A stretch of DNA of 64,000 bases from a virus, in IMG/VR virus record IMGVR_UViG_3300020599_000004, positions 1 through 64,000 of that record; one strand, 5' to 3'. Below the pieces are notes generated by a model. The model was given only the letters and a program-made list of their open reading frames with translations, was not told the origin of the DNA and ran no database searches. The stretch's first letter is position 1. Every line of letters begins with the position of its first letter. The position numbers and the translations under genes are program-made. Shown here in pieces: positions 8,776 through 18,927 of this stretch.

Positions 8776-9849
8776 ATGGCACACCAACCAGACCCATCCC
8801 GATCCTACATTGTGCAAGCCGCTCCAATTGTGCGCAATGTGGCGCACAATGGGCTTGGCGATCCGAATGATTTCCAGGTTACGTACCGGTATCAGAATCG
8901 GACTGATAAACTGGTGACCGTATCTCGCCGAGACGGGACACGGTTGACGATAAGACAAACAGACAGGGTACCGCCTAACGACGAATTCAGTATTTTGGTA
9001 ACGTATTTTGGACCCGTTGATGTAATTATTGAATGCCTTAACCTATTAGATGAGAGTCAAGAAGACAGCCCTGAGACTCGAAAGATTATGAGGGCGTTCC
9101 ATCGTGCAAGCGATCGACGTAGAGGTCGAGTGGTGACTGCGACGGTGGAGTATGTCATCAACGAGCAGCAGCTCGACGATGCAGGTGGTAGAGTTTACTT
9201 GACGGACCTTGATCTTATGCTCGAATGGAAAGGTCAAGGAAAACCCGTCAAGCACCCCTTCTCTTATGCCGAACGGGAGAAGAAGACGCTGGAGAGCATC
9301 TTGCCGTCTTACACCACTAGCTCGTATGCACTGATGATCAAGGCCGTGGACAACACGAATCGGGATCATTACTCTCATCGTTACATCAACATCGGTGGCG
9401 AGGTGTTCCAGATTCCAGTCGAGCGGGATATGGCCTACGTTACCGGCATACACGTGACCACCTGCCGGGCGGTCACGGACAGAGGGGTGCAAGATGAAAA
9501 AGGGTTGGAAACCAAGTACTACACCTACGAGGACGCAGATAAGAAGTTCAACCTGCATCGGACAGTAGAAGACGCCAAGTACGGCGGACCTATTGAGGAA
9601 GCATCCAAAGCCATCCTGAATGCTAGTGCAGCACGAATGCGACTGGAAGAACAGTCCATACGTTCGTGGCAAACTGAAGCAGAACGCGACATCATGGTGA
9701 TGAAGGTGCAAACTCAGAAGCAGAAAGCCGAGCAGGAACTGGAAGCGTCCGCACAGCGTAGTCTCATGGAATGGGCCAAGGTGGGTACGGCCGTTCTAGG
9801 GGCAGCCGTGTCGCTCCTAACCATTTGGCAAAAGATAGGCATCAAATAA
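8776..9849 (+). CDS. conserved phiKZ-like hypothetical protein (C-terminal coiled coil and hydrophobic tail)
   Basis: 357-aa ORF with AAGGA RBS between MCP and RNAP subunit. Confidence 0.75.
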   Translation: MAHQPDPSRSYIVQAAPIVRNVAHNGLGDPNDFQVTYRYQNRTDKLVTVSRRDGTRLTIRQTDRVPPNDEFSILVTYFGPVDVIIECLNLLDESQEDSPETRKIMRAFHRASDRRRGRVVTATVEYVINEQQLDDAGGRVYLTDLDLMLEWKGQGKPVKHPFSYAEREKKTLESILPSYTTSSYALMIKAVDNTNRDHYSHRYINIGGEVFQIPVERDMAYVTGIHVTTCRAVTDRGVQDEKGLETKYYTYEDADKKFNLHRTVEDAKYGGPIEEASKAILNASAARMRLEEQSIRSWQTEAERDIMVMKVQTQKQKAEQELEASAQRSLMEWAKVGTAVLGAAVSLLTIWQKIGIK

Positions 9850-9863
9850 CTAGGGCATCATCG

Positions 9864-11552
9864 ATGGATACCAGGCTCTTTGGAATGATCGAAGAGGACG
9901 ACTGTCCGAAGTTCAACATGGACGTGGTGAATGGGCTTGCTTGCAAGGACATCTACTCGTCGCAAAGTTATATCGAACGGATCATCCGCTGTGCTGAGCA
10001 GCAGTATCCCCCGGGGCTGGAGTTTGTTGGCTCCGTACGTTGCAGTCCTTACGAGGAGTACAACGAGATCACTCGGGTCCGGGGTGGACCGAACAGTTCC
10101 AAGCGGGTGTTCGACTTAGCTCAAAGCTACGTGTACCTCGTGAAGTTCAAGTTCCGCTGGGAAGGCAATGACCTGCATCCGAAATTCCTGTATTTGCCTT
10201 ATGTCCGGCAAGGCGGGCTCATCAAGATCATGGGTAAAACCTTCTCGATGAGTCCGGTACTGGCCGATCGGGTGTTCTCAGTGGGGCTGGACGATATCTT
10301 CATCCCGATGCCTCGGGGTAAGGTGACGTTCAACCGGGAGCTGCACTTCTACCGCCAGGGGGCGTATGACCCTAACGACCCCAGGGACGAGTTCACCGGT
10401 ACGCGGGTGTCCAAGTACGTCACGTGGTCTCCACTGCACAACAAGGGTGCCAAGAAGAACAAGAACAGCCGGAGTTCGATGATCCAGCTGGGTCGTGTTT
10501 ACAGCACCCTCATGCATTACCTGCTGTGCAAGTTCGGATTTGATGAAACCTTCAAACGCTACGGCCATGCTGATGTTCAGGTCGTAACGCAAGAAGAAGC
10601 CACGCTGGAGAACTACCCGGAAGATCAGTGGACGGTATTCCGTTCTGCGAAGATCAAACCCGGTGGTGTGCGCATGCGTGAACAGGCGTATGAGCAAGTG
10701 GCCAGCAAGCTGGCGTTGGTGGTGCCGAAATACCAGGTAACCCCGTTGCTGGAGTTCATGGTAGCTGGCTTCTTCTACGTGGTGGATCATTTCCCTGATC
10801 AGATGGAGGTGGAGTACGTCCACACCACCTGGCAGTGGCGCGTGCTGATGGGGTACATCCTCTTTGGTGACGAGCACAGCCAGGGTAAACTGGAAGAGGA
10901 TGTTGAGAGCCACCTGAAGTCGCTCGACGGGTATGTTGACTTCGAAGTCCGTGATAATCTACGGACTGCTAATATCGAATGTCAGCACATCTACGACTTG
11001 TTCGCCTTCATCATCGAGAACATGCCTCGCATGCTGATCGAGGAGTCCGGCAAAGTAAGCTCGATGTACGACAAACAGCTCATGATCCTGCGGTATGTGC
11101 TGTCTGACGTGAACAACATGATCTTTGAGTTCCTCTTCAAGATCACGAGCAACAACAAGAAGCAGATGACCAAGCAGGAACTGGAAAACATCATGAACGA
11201 GTACTTCAAGCCGAAGACCATCCTGCGCCTATCCGGTGGCAAAGGTCATGGCGAGATCAGCTCGGTCGCCAGTCCCAGTGACAACAAGTTCTTTAAGATT
11301 ACCTCGAACCTGGTCCAACAGAGCGACACTGCTGGTAAAGGTAAGGGGCGTGAGACGAAACCGATTGACCCAACGATGTATCTCGACGCGTCGATCGCCG
11401 AAGTAGGTGGGTATTGTGTTCTGCCTAAATCTTCGCCGATTGGCAAGAGTCGGATCAATCCGTGGGTAAAACTTGGTGATTTCAACCGAGTTGAACGCAA
11501 TCCTGAATTCAAGGATCTGTTGGACAGTGTTCAAGCAATGATTGAGCGCTGA
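9864..11552 (+). CDS. non-virion RNA polymerase beta subunit, N-terminal part (phiKZ gp123-like)
   Basis: LYLPYVRQGGLIKIMGK..SPVLAD segment resembling the RNAP beta N-terminal fork region; position after the MCP; ATG 9864 chosen to avoid overlap. Confidence 0.75.
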   Translation: MDTRLFGMIEEDDCPKFNMDVVNGLACKDIYSSQSYIERIIRCAEQQYPPGLEFVGSVRCSPYEEYNEITRVRGGPNSSKRVFDLAQSYVYLVKFKFRWEGNDLHPKFLYLPYVRQGGLIKIMGKTFSMSPVLADRVFSVGLDDIFIPMPRGKVTFNRELHFYRQGAYDPNDPRDEFTGTRVSKYVTWSPLHNKGAKKNKNSRSSMIQLGRVYSTLMHYLLCKFGFDETFKRYGHADVQVVTQEEATLENYPEDQWTVFRSAKIKPGGVRMREQAYEQVASKLALVVPKYQVTPLLEFMVAGFFYVVDHFPDQMEVEYVHTTWQWRVLMGYILFGDEHSQGKLEEDVESHLKSLDGYVDFEVRDNLRTANIECQHIYDLFAFIIENMPRMLIEESGKVSSMYDKQLMILRYVLSDVNNMIFEFLFKITSNNKKQMTKQELENIMNEYFKPKTILRLSGGKGHGEISSVASPSDNKFFKITSNLVQQSDTAGKGKGRETKPIDPTMYLDASIAEVGGYCVLPKSSPIGKSRINPWVKLGDFNRVERNPEFKDLLDSVQAMIER

Positions 11553-11571
11553 AATTTAAGGGGTGAGAACC

Positions 11572-13440
11572 ATGGCATTAGACCCTCGGGACTACTTTGA
11601 CCCGATGTTCCAGCTACTCGCCGACATCATCTTCCAGACTCGCTACGACAATCCTGTCCGCGAAGAATATTGGAAGATGATGTCGCAGCGCGAGTGGAAG
11701 AATCGTGAATTCGAAAACTTGGTCTGGGGAGCGTGTGACTTCCTGGTCGTGGCCATGCTTCGTGCGGATCGTCGTACGAACGAGAAGGAAGTGGCCGTCG
11801 ACGTGGCCCAGGAGTGGATCAAGTACGATCTGGCCAACCTCCTGGCGGAAGACCGCGAATGGGGTAGCATGGTCGATGACGACATGTACCACAAGGCCAA
11901 GCAGCTCAACCGCGACCGCGAAAGTCTGATCCGTGACATCAAGCGTACGCTGGACGAGGAAGAGCGTCGTAACGATCGTGGGGGGCGTGGTCGCGACTTC
12001 GATCGCTCTGTGCGGGAAGAGCGTAGCCGCGATGTAGGTCGTCGTGACAGTGGTCCTCGTCCGGGTGAGCGCTTCGCCAACAACCGGGGTAATGGTGGCA
12101 GTGCAACAACGCAGCGACGCTCGGGTCTGGCTGCCGTGGCTGAGACCCAAGCCAGCGCGCAACGTCGTGAGCCGGCTCGTGAGGAGCCGCGTGAACAACC
12201 GCGGGCACGCGACGAAGGACGTCGTTACCAAGACGAACCGGCACCGTCTCAGACACGTGCCGATCGTTACAACATGCCCAAGCTGGATGGTCCCGACTTC
12301 ACCCTCGCTCGTCCGTACGATGAATTCGTCCAGGATGGCGAGATTTGGGTTCCTGCGCACCTGTCTGGGTGGACGGTCACGTGGGACCAAGTACACCCAT
12401 TCGAAACAGCCTTCAACCCCGAAAAACAAATGCGGTTCCACGTTAAGGGAACCGACGGAACAGTAAGAGAGGAGTTCCTGGACATGACACGAGAGATGGA
12501 TTACCTGCGTCACGAAGTACGGGTGCCGAAAGGTGGTCAACCACCTCGTCAGCGTGATATCAGCAATTACGCCGGTGTCGACGAGGGCAATCCGCCTCCC
12601 GCCGAAATGCCGACTGAATCTGCCCGTGTCGTCGCAGCGTCTCGTCTCCCGATCCGGCAGATTTACGATGCCGTGAGCACCACGGAGTCGATCGAGTCCG
12701 CTGAAATCCATGCTCAGTTCAAGGGTTCCCTGCAAGGTCCTGGTGTCTACGTGCACAGCTACGCGCTGGTGCGCCCGATCCCGACCAACCTCAAGCGCTA
12801 CCCGGCCATCGAGAACCTCTCCAGTGCCACCAACCTCACTGACCTGGCTGAACGCATGCAGGCTGCCCATGAAGAAGCCGACGGCGCTATCTGGGACTTC
12901 CTGGACGAGCGTTTCCGCAGTGCGGTACAGAAAGTCGCTCGCAATGTCTTCGGCATCAAGGTCACCTTCGACAACTTCACCGGCAGCTACAAGCAGTTCA
13001 TCAACTGGCTGAAAGAGAAGAAGGGCGAAGCGTTCGCACGCGACTTCTCCAAGCGCACGGCAGAACTGGTACCGGTGCTGACCGAGCACATGGACGAGGA
13101 AACGGCGCGGTTCTACCTGACCGATGCACTGGACATTACCGACGAGGAGTTCAACCTCAATCGTCCGAACATCCTGTGCTTCCGCGACTACTACATCGTC
13201 GCTGTGGTGCCGTTCACCACCTACGACCTCGAAGTCAAGCTGACCGAAGACAGCCAGACGGTCAACAAGGAACGCCAGCCGCAGCTCCACAGCCTGCTCA
13301 CTCGTCTCTTCAATGAGAAAGTGCTCAAGGACTTCACCGGTCCGACTGTGTACCTGCTCACGACTGATCGCATCCGGGTCGAGGTCATCCGTGCACCGTA
13401 CGACGATGACCAGTTCCTGATTCGTAAACTGGGTGCCTGA
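11572..13440 (+). CDS. conserved phiKZ-like hypothetical protein with central Arg/Asp/Glu-rich disordered region
   Basis: ~622 aa; AAGGGG RBS; low-complexity RDERG-rich segment. Confidence 0.75.
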   Translation: MALDPRDYFDPMFQLLADIIFQTRYDNPVREEYWKMMSQREWKNREFENLVWGACDFLVVAMLRADRRTNEKEVAVDVAQEWIKYDLANLLAEDREWGSMVDDDMYHKAKQLNRDRESLIRDIKRTLDEEERRNDRGGRGRDFDRSVREERSRDVGRRDSGPRPGERFANNRGNGGSATTQRRSGLAAVAETQASAQRREPAREEPREQPRARDEGRRYQDEPAPSQTRADRYNMPKLDGPDFTLARPYDEFVQDGEIWVPAHLSGWTVTWDQVHPFETAFNPEKQMRFHVKGTDGTVREEFLDMTREMDYLRHEVRVPKGGQPPRQRDISNYAGVDEGNPPPAEMPTESARVVAASRLPIRQIYDAVSTTESIESAEIHAQFKGSLQGPGVYVHSYALVRPIPTNLKRYPAIENLSSATNLTDLAERMQAAHEEADGAIWDFLDERFRSAVQKVARNVFGIKVTFDNFTGSYKQFINWLKEKKGEAFARDFSKRTAELVPVLTEHMDEETARFYLTDALDITDEEFNLNRPNILCFRDYYIVAVVPFTTYDLEVKLTEDSQTVNKERQPQLHSLLTRLFNEKVLKDFTGPTVYLLTTDRIRVEVIRAPYDDDQFLIRKLGA

Positions 13441-13461
13441 GCACCTATAGTTTGACGAAAC

Positions 13462-13505
13462 CCACTGGAGCCTATTAGGCTCCAGTGGTACCCTTTCTTT
13501 TTTTG
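13462..13505 (+). terminator. intrinsic terminator
   Basis: CCACTGGAGCC/GGCTCCAGTGG stem followed by a T-rich tract. Confidence 0.75.
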
Positions 13506-13522
13506 TCTCAGGAACGAAAAAC

Positions 13523-14380
13523 ATGCGTAAGGACGACTTGGTTGACCTCGTGGCATTCTCGCCGTCGATGGAAGATGCCATGAATTCGATCCCTACGGAA
13601 GCGCCTACCGGCGAATCCAAGAAAGAGATCGAGTGGGAAATCTACGGCCGTATTAAAGACCTCGGCGATCTGAAGAAAGCTGAACGGTCTGAACTCCAGG
13701 AACAGTGGGGTATTCCGATCCATCAGTCAGAGAAGAACGTAGCCTCTGGTAATATCCGAGTGCGTTCCATCAACGACGAGAAGTACGTCCTTACCAGCAA
13801 GATCAAGGAAAAGGCCGGCAACGATGAGGTGGAAGAAGACACCACTGAAGCCCGCTTCATGCATTTCAAGAAGCTAGCTGATGCTGGGCTGCGTAAACAG
13901 CGGTTCTTCTTCCCCATCCCAGGGAGCGACTTCATCTGGGAAGTGGATGGCTTCTACAATGCCGTCGGTCAGCTGCAACCCTGGGTCAAGATCGACCTGG
14001 AAGTGGATCGCGACTTCGATCTGGACGAGTTGCCTGAACTACCCTTTGAGATGGAAGACGTTCGGGTTATCCGTCCGGGTAAGAAGAATGAAGAAGATCT
14101 GGCTTTCGTGCGCCAACTCTTCGATGAGTTCTTCAACCTGGACAACGTTCTTAAGGACAAGCACGCGCCTGAACAACCGTCAGTCGAATCAGACGAAGCA
14201 CCGACACCTGCACGACTGGAAGAACTCGTGGAACACAAGAAGTTCTTCCAAGACCTGTTGGATAGTATCTCGTCAGCCCGTAACTTGCTTTCCTTCAATG
14301 AGAGCAAGCCAGAAGGTGCGCTCAAACAGCTCCTGGAAGAGTGCAGCATGGCCATCACCAAGCTGCTCAATCAGAAGTAA
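13523..14380 (+). CDS. CYTH (triphosphate tunnel metalloenzyme)-like protein
   Basis: EIEWEI N-terminal ExE motif, IRVR, LTSK, RKQR, WEVD, IDLEV in CYTH order. Confidence 0.7.
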   Translation: MRKDDLVDLVAFSPSMEDAMNSIPTEAPTGESKKEIEWEIYGRIKDLGDLKKAERSELQEQWGIPIHQSEKNVASGNIRVRSINDEKYVLTSKIKEKAGNDEVEEDTTEARFMHFKKLADAGLRKQRFFFPIPGSDFIWEVDGFYNAVGQLQPWVKIDLEVDRDFDLDELPELPFEMEDVRVIRPGKKNEEDLAFVRQLFDEFFNLDNVLKDKHAPEQPSVESDEAPTPARLEELVEHKKFFQDLLDSISSARNLLSFNESKPEGALKQLLEECSMAITKLLNQK

Positions 14381-14436
14381 ACGACATAAACCCCCATCCC
14401 GGAGCATTGAAGCCCTGGGATGGGGGTTTATGTCGT
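14381..14436. terminator. bidirectional terminator, GACATAAA-type
   Basis: 20-bp perfect inverted repeat ACGACATAAACCCCCATCCC between convergent stops. Confidence 0.8.
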
Positions 14437-14897
14437 CATTGGGTCGGAGGCTGGACAAGAACCGCTTGTAGGAAGTCCAGGATGCTCTTAATGATCCCCG
14501 CGATGGTATCGCCATCCATCTTGCCACCATTACTGGGAATGGCAAGTGTCATGATGACAGCAACCACCAGAATCACCAGGCAGACACCCAAAGCAATCGA
14601 TCGTTTCTGCTGATCATCATCTTTGGGAGGTGCCACTGCCACAGGGGTCAGTATAGGCGTATCCGTTGGAGGGATGATCTTAGCTTTACGGTTGTCGATC
14701 CCAGCAGCCAACAGGAACGCTTGTTGCTCTGCTGGCATGGAATCGATGGCCGCTTGGAGATCGTCACCGGTGGACTGATCCGTCAGTTGTTTATCTTCAG
14801 CCAGGAAGCTATTGACCAGACGTACAACATCCATACCCCAAGGGAAGGAAGCCAACGTGTTGGCACCCACCACACGTACAGCGTCTGTGAGCTTCAT
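14436..14897 (-). CDS. membrane protein (possible holin-like)
   Basis: strong TM IALGVCLVILVVAVIMTLAI plus C-terminal amphipathic helix; the holin call is speculative. Confidence 0.6.
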   Translation of the reverse strand: MKLTDAVRVVGANTLASFPWGMDVVRLVNSFLAEDKQLTDQSTGDDLQAAIDSMPAEQQAFLLAAGIDNRKAKIIPPTDTPILTPVAVAPPKDDDQQKRSIALGVCLVILVVAVIMTLAIPSNGGKMDGDTIAGIIKSILDFLQAVLVQPPTQ

Positions 14898-14903
14898 GTC
14901 TGT

Positions 14904-15491
14904 TCACCTTCTTCGATGCACTTCTCTTAGCAGGTTAACGGCCTTGTAGTAGACAACAGCAATGGCGTCTATGCAGTGTTCATCCAATACTAGCGGATTG
15001 ACATCACGCGCGTAGGAGACTTCTGTTAGCGCGAGTATGGCTTCGCGCATGGGCTCCTTTCCGACGTAAGACGATGCCTTGACCGCTTTCTTAGCCGTCG
15101 TTGGCGGTACCATCTCCACTTCTAAGTTGGGACTGTAGATCCAGACCTCTTCTTCGATGGCCTCCGTGATGGTGACCCTTAGACGGAAATAGGTATCGAT
15201 GTTCAAGTGTGAGAAGGGACCCTCACTCAGTACAAACCCTGGGTTAAATTCCTCCAGCAACCACCGAATGAACTCCCTCAGGACAGGACGCCTGGAGTAG
15301 AGCGATCCTCGAACACTGCCTATCCCGTCGAAACGTCCCTCTGCACGGCTGGCTGTGCACGTTTCGGCAAACGCAATATGCAAGTGTCCAGTCCGCAGAT
15401 CAAGCTCACCAATCGCTGCACCCATGGTGTTGGTACCATTGTCGATACCCAGGATGGTGGCTATCCAACCGTTGTCTGGAATTTTGATCAT
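14904..15491 (-). CDS. RuvC-like Holliday junction resolvase
   Basis: ILGIDNGT, VLSEGPF, PTTAKKAV, DEHCIDAIAV acidic motifs of the RuvC fold. Confidence 0.8.
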   Translation of the reverse strand: MIKIPDNGWIATILGIDNGTNTMGAAIGELDLRTGHLHIAFAETCTASRAEGRFDGIGSVRGSLYSRRPVLREFIRWLLEEFNPGFVLSEGPFSHLNIDTYFRLRVTITEAIEEEVWIYSPNLEVEMVPPTTAKKAVKASSYVGKEPMREAILALTEVSYARDVNPLVLDEHCIDAIAVVYYKAVNLLREVHRRR

Positions 15492-15533
15492 GGTAAACCG
15501 ATGGGACTCCAGGGAGTCCCATCGTGCTCCTTA

Positions 15534-16400
15534 TTACTGGATAAGGGTAGCCGTGGTGATCTCCTCGGCCCCGAGCAGCGGCTCGTTGGCACCCAGTTCG
15601 ACCTTGAAGTCGAAGCCTTTGGAGTAGTACACCAGCTCGTAGTGGCCACCGACGAAGGTGGCGACTTGACAAGCAATCGCTTCCTTGAAGTTGGTATTGC
15701 CTGACGGTGTCGGCACCGAGACCGTGCGATCCACAGCAGTGCAGAACGCGAACTCGGAGATGACCGCATAGTTCTGGTCGTTGTACATGATCTTGGCGAC
15801 ATTGTAGAGTTCTTGGACATCGAACTCCGTGAAGTTCACCGAGACCACGGCGCTGGCCGACAGGTAGGCGCCACTGGTGCTCACTGCCCCGGTATTCGGG
15901 ATGTCAGGCCATTCCGGGTTCAGGTTGGCGGTGGTGGGGATGTAGTCGGTCGTAGTGGATTGACCGTCTTCGACCACCGTCTTCTGAAGCTTCGGCACGA
16001 CATCAGTCATGTCGATGCGTTTGCCGTAGTACGCGTAGTAGTTACGGTTGTTGATGTTGAGCGTCTTACGCAGGGCGTACTTCGGGCGCTGATCTGGGGT
16101 CAGGTCGTTGTTGGTGTCACGCAACACGAACGGGATCTGGCCGTACAGCGCTGCGTGATCGGCCTGGTGATCCACTGGAACGGTCAGCGGGAAGTTATCG
16201 GTGCCGGTAACGGCGCGGTGACCACGGTTGCCGATGCACAGGATCGCCAAACGAGGCATCTCACCTTGGTTCAGCGTGGCATTGGCCTGGATCTCCAGCT
16301 TCTCATTGAGCGTGGTGTGCTCTTTGATCGTGAACGGCAGGCCCAGGTGAGCGCAGGTCTGGAGAAATGTGGACCAGAGCGTAGTGCAGATGGATTGCAT
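15534..16400 (-). CDS. virion structural (baseplate-region) protein
   Basis: 288-aa ORF in co-oriented structural block; resembles phiKZ-type virion proteins (recalled, not searched). Confidence 0.65.
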   Translation of the reverse strand: MQSICTTLWSTFLQTCAHLGLPFTIKEHTTLNEKLEIQANATLNQGEMPRLAILCIGNRGHRAVTGTDNFPLTVPVDHQADHAALYGQIPFVLRDTNNDLTPDQRPKYALRKTLNINNRNYYAYYGKRIDMTDVVPKLQKTVVEDGQSTTTDYIPTTANLNPEWPDIPNTGAVSTSGAYLSASAVVSVNFTEFDVQELYNVAKIMYNDQNYAVISEFAFCTAVDRTVSVPTPSGNTNFKEAIACQVATFVGGHYELVYYSKGFDFKVELGANEPLLGAEEITTATLIQ

Positions 16401-16440
16401 GGATTAACCCTTTCCAGGTAAGTGAGTGTTGGCCTGTCGA

Positions 16441-17406
16441 TCACATGTCCAGAAGAGGACCGTTGTCGATGCGCAAGTTGGAGAGTGTGAATGCCTCCGG
16501 GTCATGGTAGTGGATCAGCCATGTACCGGAGAGATTGCCACAGTATTCCGACAGTTCCACTGCCAGAACGTGAGAGTAGCTTGCGAAGCCCGTGAAATAC
16601 TCACCTTGGTTAAACCCATTATAGAGTACCTTCGATTGGTAAACATTGAAGGGTCTTACCGAGGCATCACTGACCCAGGCATCCCCGGTCAGTTTACGAG
16701 CAACTTCCACGAAAGGCGTGAGCTGTGTCAGGACATCGCCTTTCTTGAGCTTCTTGATGGGGTACGAGACGCAAGTAGCGTCAATGGAGCGATCCACTGC
16801 CAGTTCGATGGGCACCTTAGGACCCCCGATCTGATCGAAGTAGTCCATCATCGCCAGACGCTGTTTGATAGTCCGTCCCAGCAGTTCCATCACGGGGCGA
16901 ACATGCACACGCGCACTGCCCAACCAGATCAGGTGATCAGGGCTAACAGTGATGATGAAGTCCTTGATGCCTTCGTCGAACGAGACCGTGGGGACTCCAT
17001 CCGGCACATCGGCATTGTCGAAGCCATTCATCTGGATAACCCTGACTGCCTGATCCAGTCGGCGCGGTGCAGGGGATATCTCGACCAGGTCAGCGTCCAG
17101 GTAAAGGCTATACTGCGCATTCAACGCAGCGAGGATGCCTTCCTTACTGATGTCGGAGGTGTCGATCATCGGGGAGAAACCCAGGGCAGTGCCCAGGTCC
17201 AAACGACGATACTTCACCACCGCAGCCCCTGTCCAACCCACCTTGTCCGTGGGCTTGATCTTGACGGCCGTCAACGACCCTTCAATCACTTCGGGTAAAC
17301 CGAATTCCAGCTGACTGCTTTCGTACGCAGCCAGGTTGGTGTGGTTGATGAGATCGAGGAACAGTTCTTGGGAAGGTTTGTCGTAACGATAAACCTGTTC
17401 GAACAT
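16441..17406 (-). CDS. virion structural protein, YxRL-repeat family
   Basis: WTGAAVVKYRRLDL motif shared with the two upstream ORFs. Confidence 0.7.
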   Translation of the reverse strand: MFEQVYRYDKPSQELFLDLINHTNLAAYESSQLEFGLPEVIEGSLTAVKIKPTDKVGWTGAAVVKYRRLDLGTALGFSPMIDTSDISKEGILAALNAQYSLYLDADLVEISPAPRRLDQAVRVIQMNGFDNADVPDGVPTVSFDEGIKDFIITVSPDHLIWLGSARVHVRPVMELLGRTIKQRLAMMDYFDQIGGPKVPIELAVDRSIDATCVSYPIKKLKKGDVLTQLTPFVEVARKLTGDAWVSDASVRPFNVYQSKVLYNGFNQGEYFTGFASYSHVLAVELSEYCGNLSGTWLIHYHDPEAFTLSNLRIDNGPLLDM

Positions 17407-17408
17407 TG

Positions 17409-17930
17409 TCAGACTCCTGAGGGGGCGTGGAGGCCATCGAGCACGGTGTTGGTAAGGATGTCACGCAGCGGGATGAGGGGGATCACCTCGGTGTTGAGGT
17501 TGAGTTCCACCTGTCCGACCCAGCGCAGCGACTCCGGTTTGGCTTTGAGCGTGTAAGGCGTGTTAGCGACGACTTCCAACTCGAAGTCATTTTCATCGAA
17601 CACGATCCCCACTGTCTCACTGATCACCGCCAGGATGTCTTGTGTGGTCGAAGGCACTGGGGTACGAATGGCGTACTCGAAACCCAGCACTTGACCGACA
17701 TCCAAGCGGTTGTACGTGAAATCAGCCTCACCTTTGTAGATCTGCTTGTCGAACTTATTCCGCGGCTTGAATGCCTCCAGTCGCACCTTGGTCGCACGAC
17801 CCCCTAGCGACGTGACCTGCTTGACCCGAATCTGGTTCGGATTGAGCATTGTGCCGCATGCTTCGTTGATGATGACCAGCAGTGCCGCCAATGGCGTCAT
17901 CCGCAATAGTCTTTCGGGGGTGAAGTTCAT
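17409..17930 (-). CDS. virion structural protein, YxRL-repeat family
   Basis: YKGEADFTYNRLDV and SLRWVGQV motifs. Confidence 0.7.
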   Translation of the reverse strand: MNFTPERLLRMTPLAALLVIINEACGTMLNPNQIRVKQVTSLGGRATKVRLEAFKPRNKFDKQIYKGEADFTYNRLDVGQVLGFEYAIRTPVPSTTQDILAVISETVGIVFDENDFELEVVANTPYTLKAKPESLRWVGQVELNLNTEVIPLIPLRDILTNTVLDGLHAPSGV

Positions 17931-17952
17931 AGAGGGTTCTCAGCAGCCAGGA

Positions 17953-18924
17953 TTAGGAAACCCGGTAGTCGATCGTCATCTCACCCACGTACATCATGGA
18001 CGTTGGCTTGATGTTCACGGTGATGGTGCGTACCTCACCTGCCGCCAAGGTCGGCAGAGGTTCAGACACCACATCGTTGGACTCGAGGTAGAAGCCCAGG
18101 CGTTGAGCCACAATGACCGCCAGGTCCACAGTGGTCTTCGCTGTAGCGCTGATCACCTCCACCACCTCAAAGTCCTGCATCCTCAGCATGTACCGACGAC
18201 GATAATGCAACTGAACAGAACCGGAGTAATGTTCACTGTTAGCAATGGACAGGGTGATTTCGGTGTTGTCGTACTCGTCCTCCGCGCTGGAGACCAATGG
18301 AGTAGACCAGGTCACTTCGCCAGCTGTGATGGGATACGACAAACGAGCGCTGTTCAATCGATTGATCGACTCGAGTAAACGAGGGATCGGAGGCAGGCTG
18401 TCCACTTCCCCATCGGCGGGGTAGTTCATGACATCCAGCTGACTTACCTGGATGACTTCGGACAGCGGTTTAACGCGTTCTTTGAGTTCCACCTGCACTT
18501 GTCCGACCCAGCGTAAAGATCCTGGGGCAGACTTAAGCGTGTAGAGCGAGGTACCGAGTGAGATGTTCTCCGAGACATAGTCCAGTGGATCGAAGACGAT
18601 GTCGAACCGGTCAGCGATCAACGCCACCAGGTTCGTCGCGGTCATTGGCAAGTCCACTGTGAAGGTCATGTTCTTGCCGGCGAAGTACTCACTCATTACC
18701 AGACGGTTGTACGTGAAATCCACGCTACCGTCGTACTTCCAGGATTCGATGGGAGCCAGGGTCTTGTCCACGGAGAGGTTTATCTTCGTGGCACGCAGAC
18801 CTGCGGAAACGGGCGCACCGATCCGCAGGTCATCTACATCAAACCCGTCCTTCATCTTTTCCTGGATGATGCTCTTCAAGGCGGCCTTTGGAGTCAGCTT
18901 GAGCAAATCCAGAGTGTCGGCCAT
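17953..18924 (-). CDS. virion structural protein, YxRL-repeat family (two copies)
   Basis: YDGSVDFTYNRL..SLRWVGQV and YSGSVQLHYRRR..SMMYVGEM. Confidence 0.7.
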   Translation of the reverse strand: MADTLDLLKLTPKAALKSIIQEKMKDGFDVDDLRIGAPVSAGLRATKINLSVDKTLAPIESWKYDGSVDFTYNRLVMSEYFAGKNMTFTVDLPMTATNLVALIADRFDIVFDPLDYVSENISLGTSLYTLKSAPGSLRWVGQVQVELKERVKPLSEVIQVSQLDVMNYPADGEVDSLPPIPRLLESINRLNSARLSYPITAGEVTWSTPLVSSAEDEYDNTEITLSIANSEHYSGSVQLHYRRRYMLRMQDFEVVEVISATAKTTVDLAVIVAQRLGFYLESNDVVSEPLPTLAAGEVRTITVNIKPTSMMYVGEMTIDYRVS

Positions 18925-18927
18925 GTA

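Noticed and set aside
11614-13620. 668-aa antisense ORF
   Set aside because: Shadow of the biased sense gene 11572-13440; protein looks like reverse-translated noise
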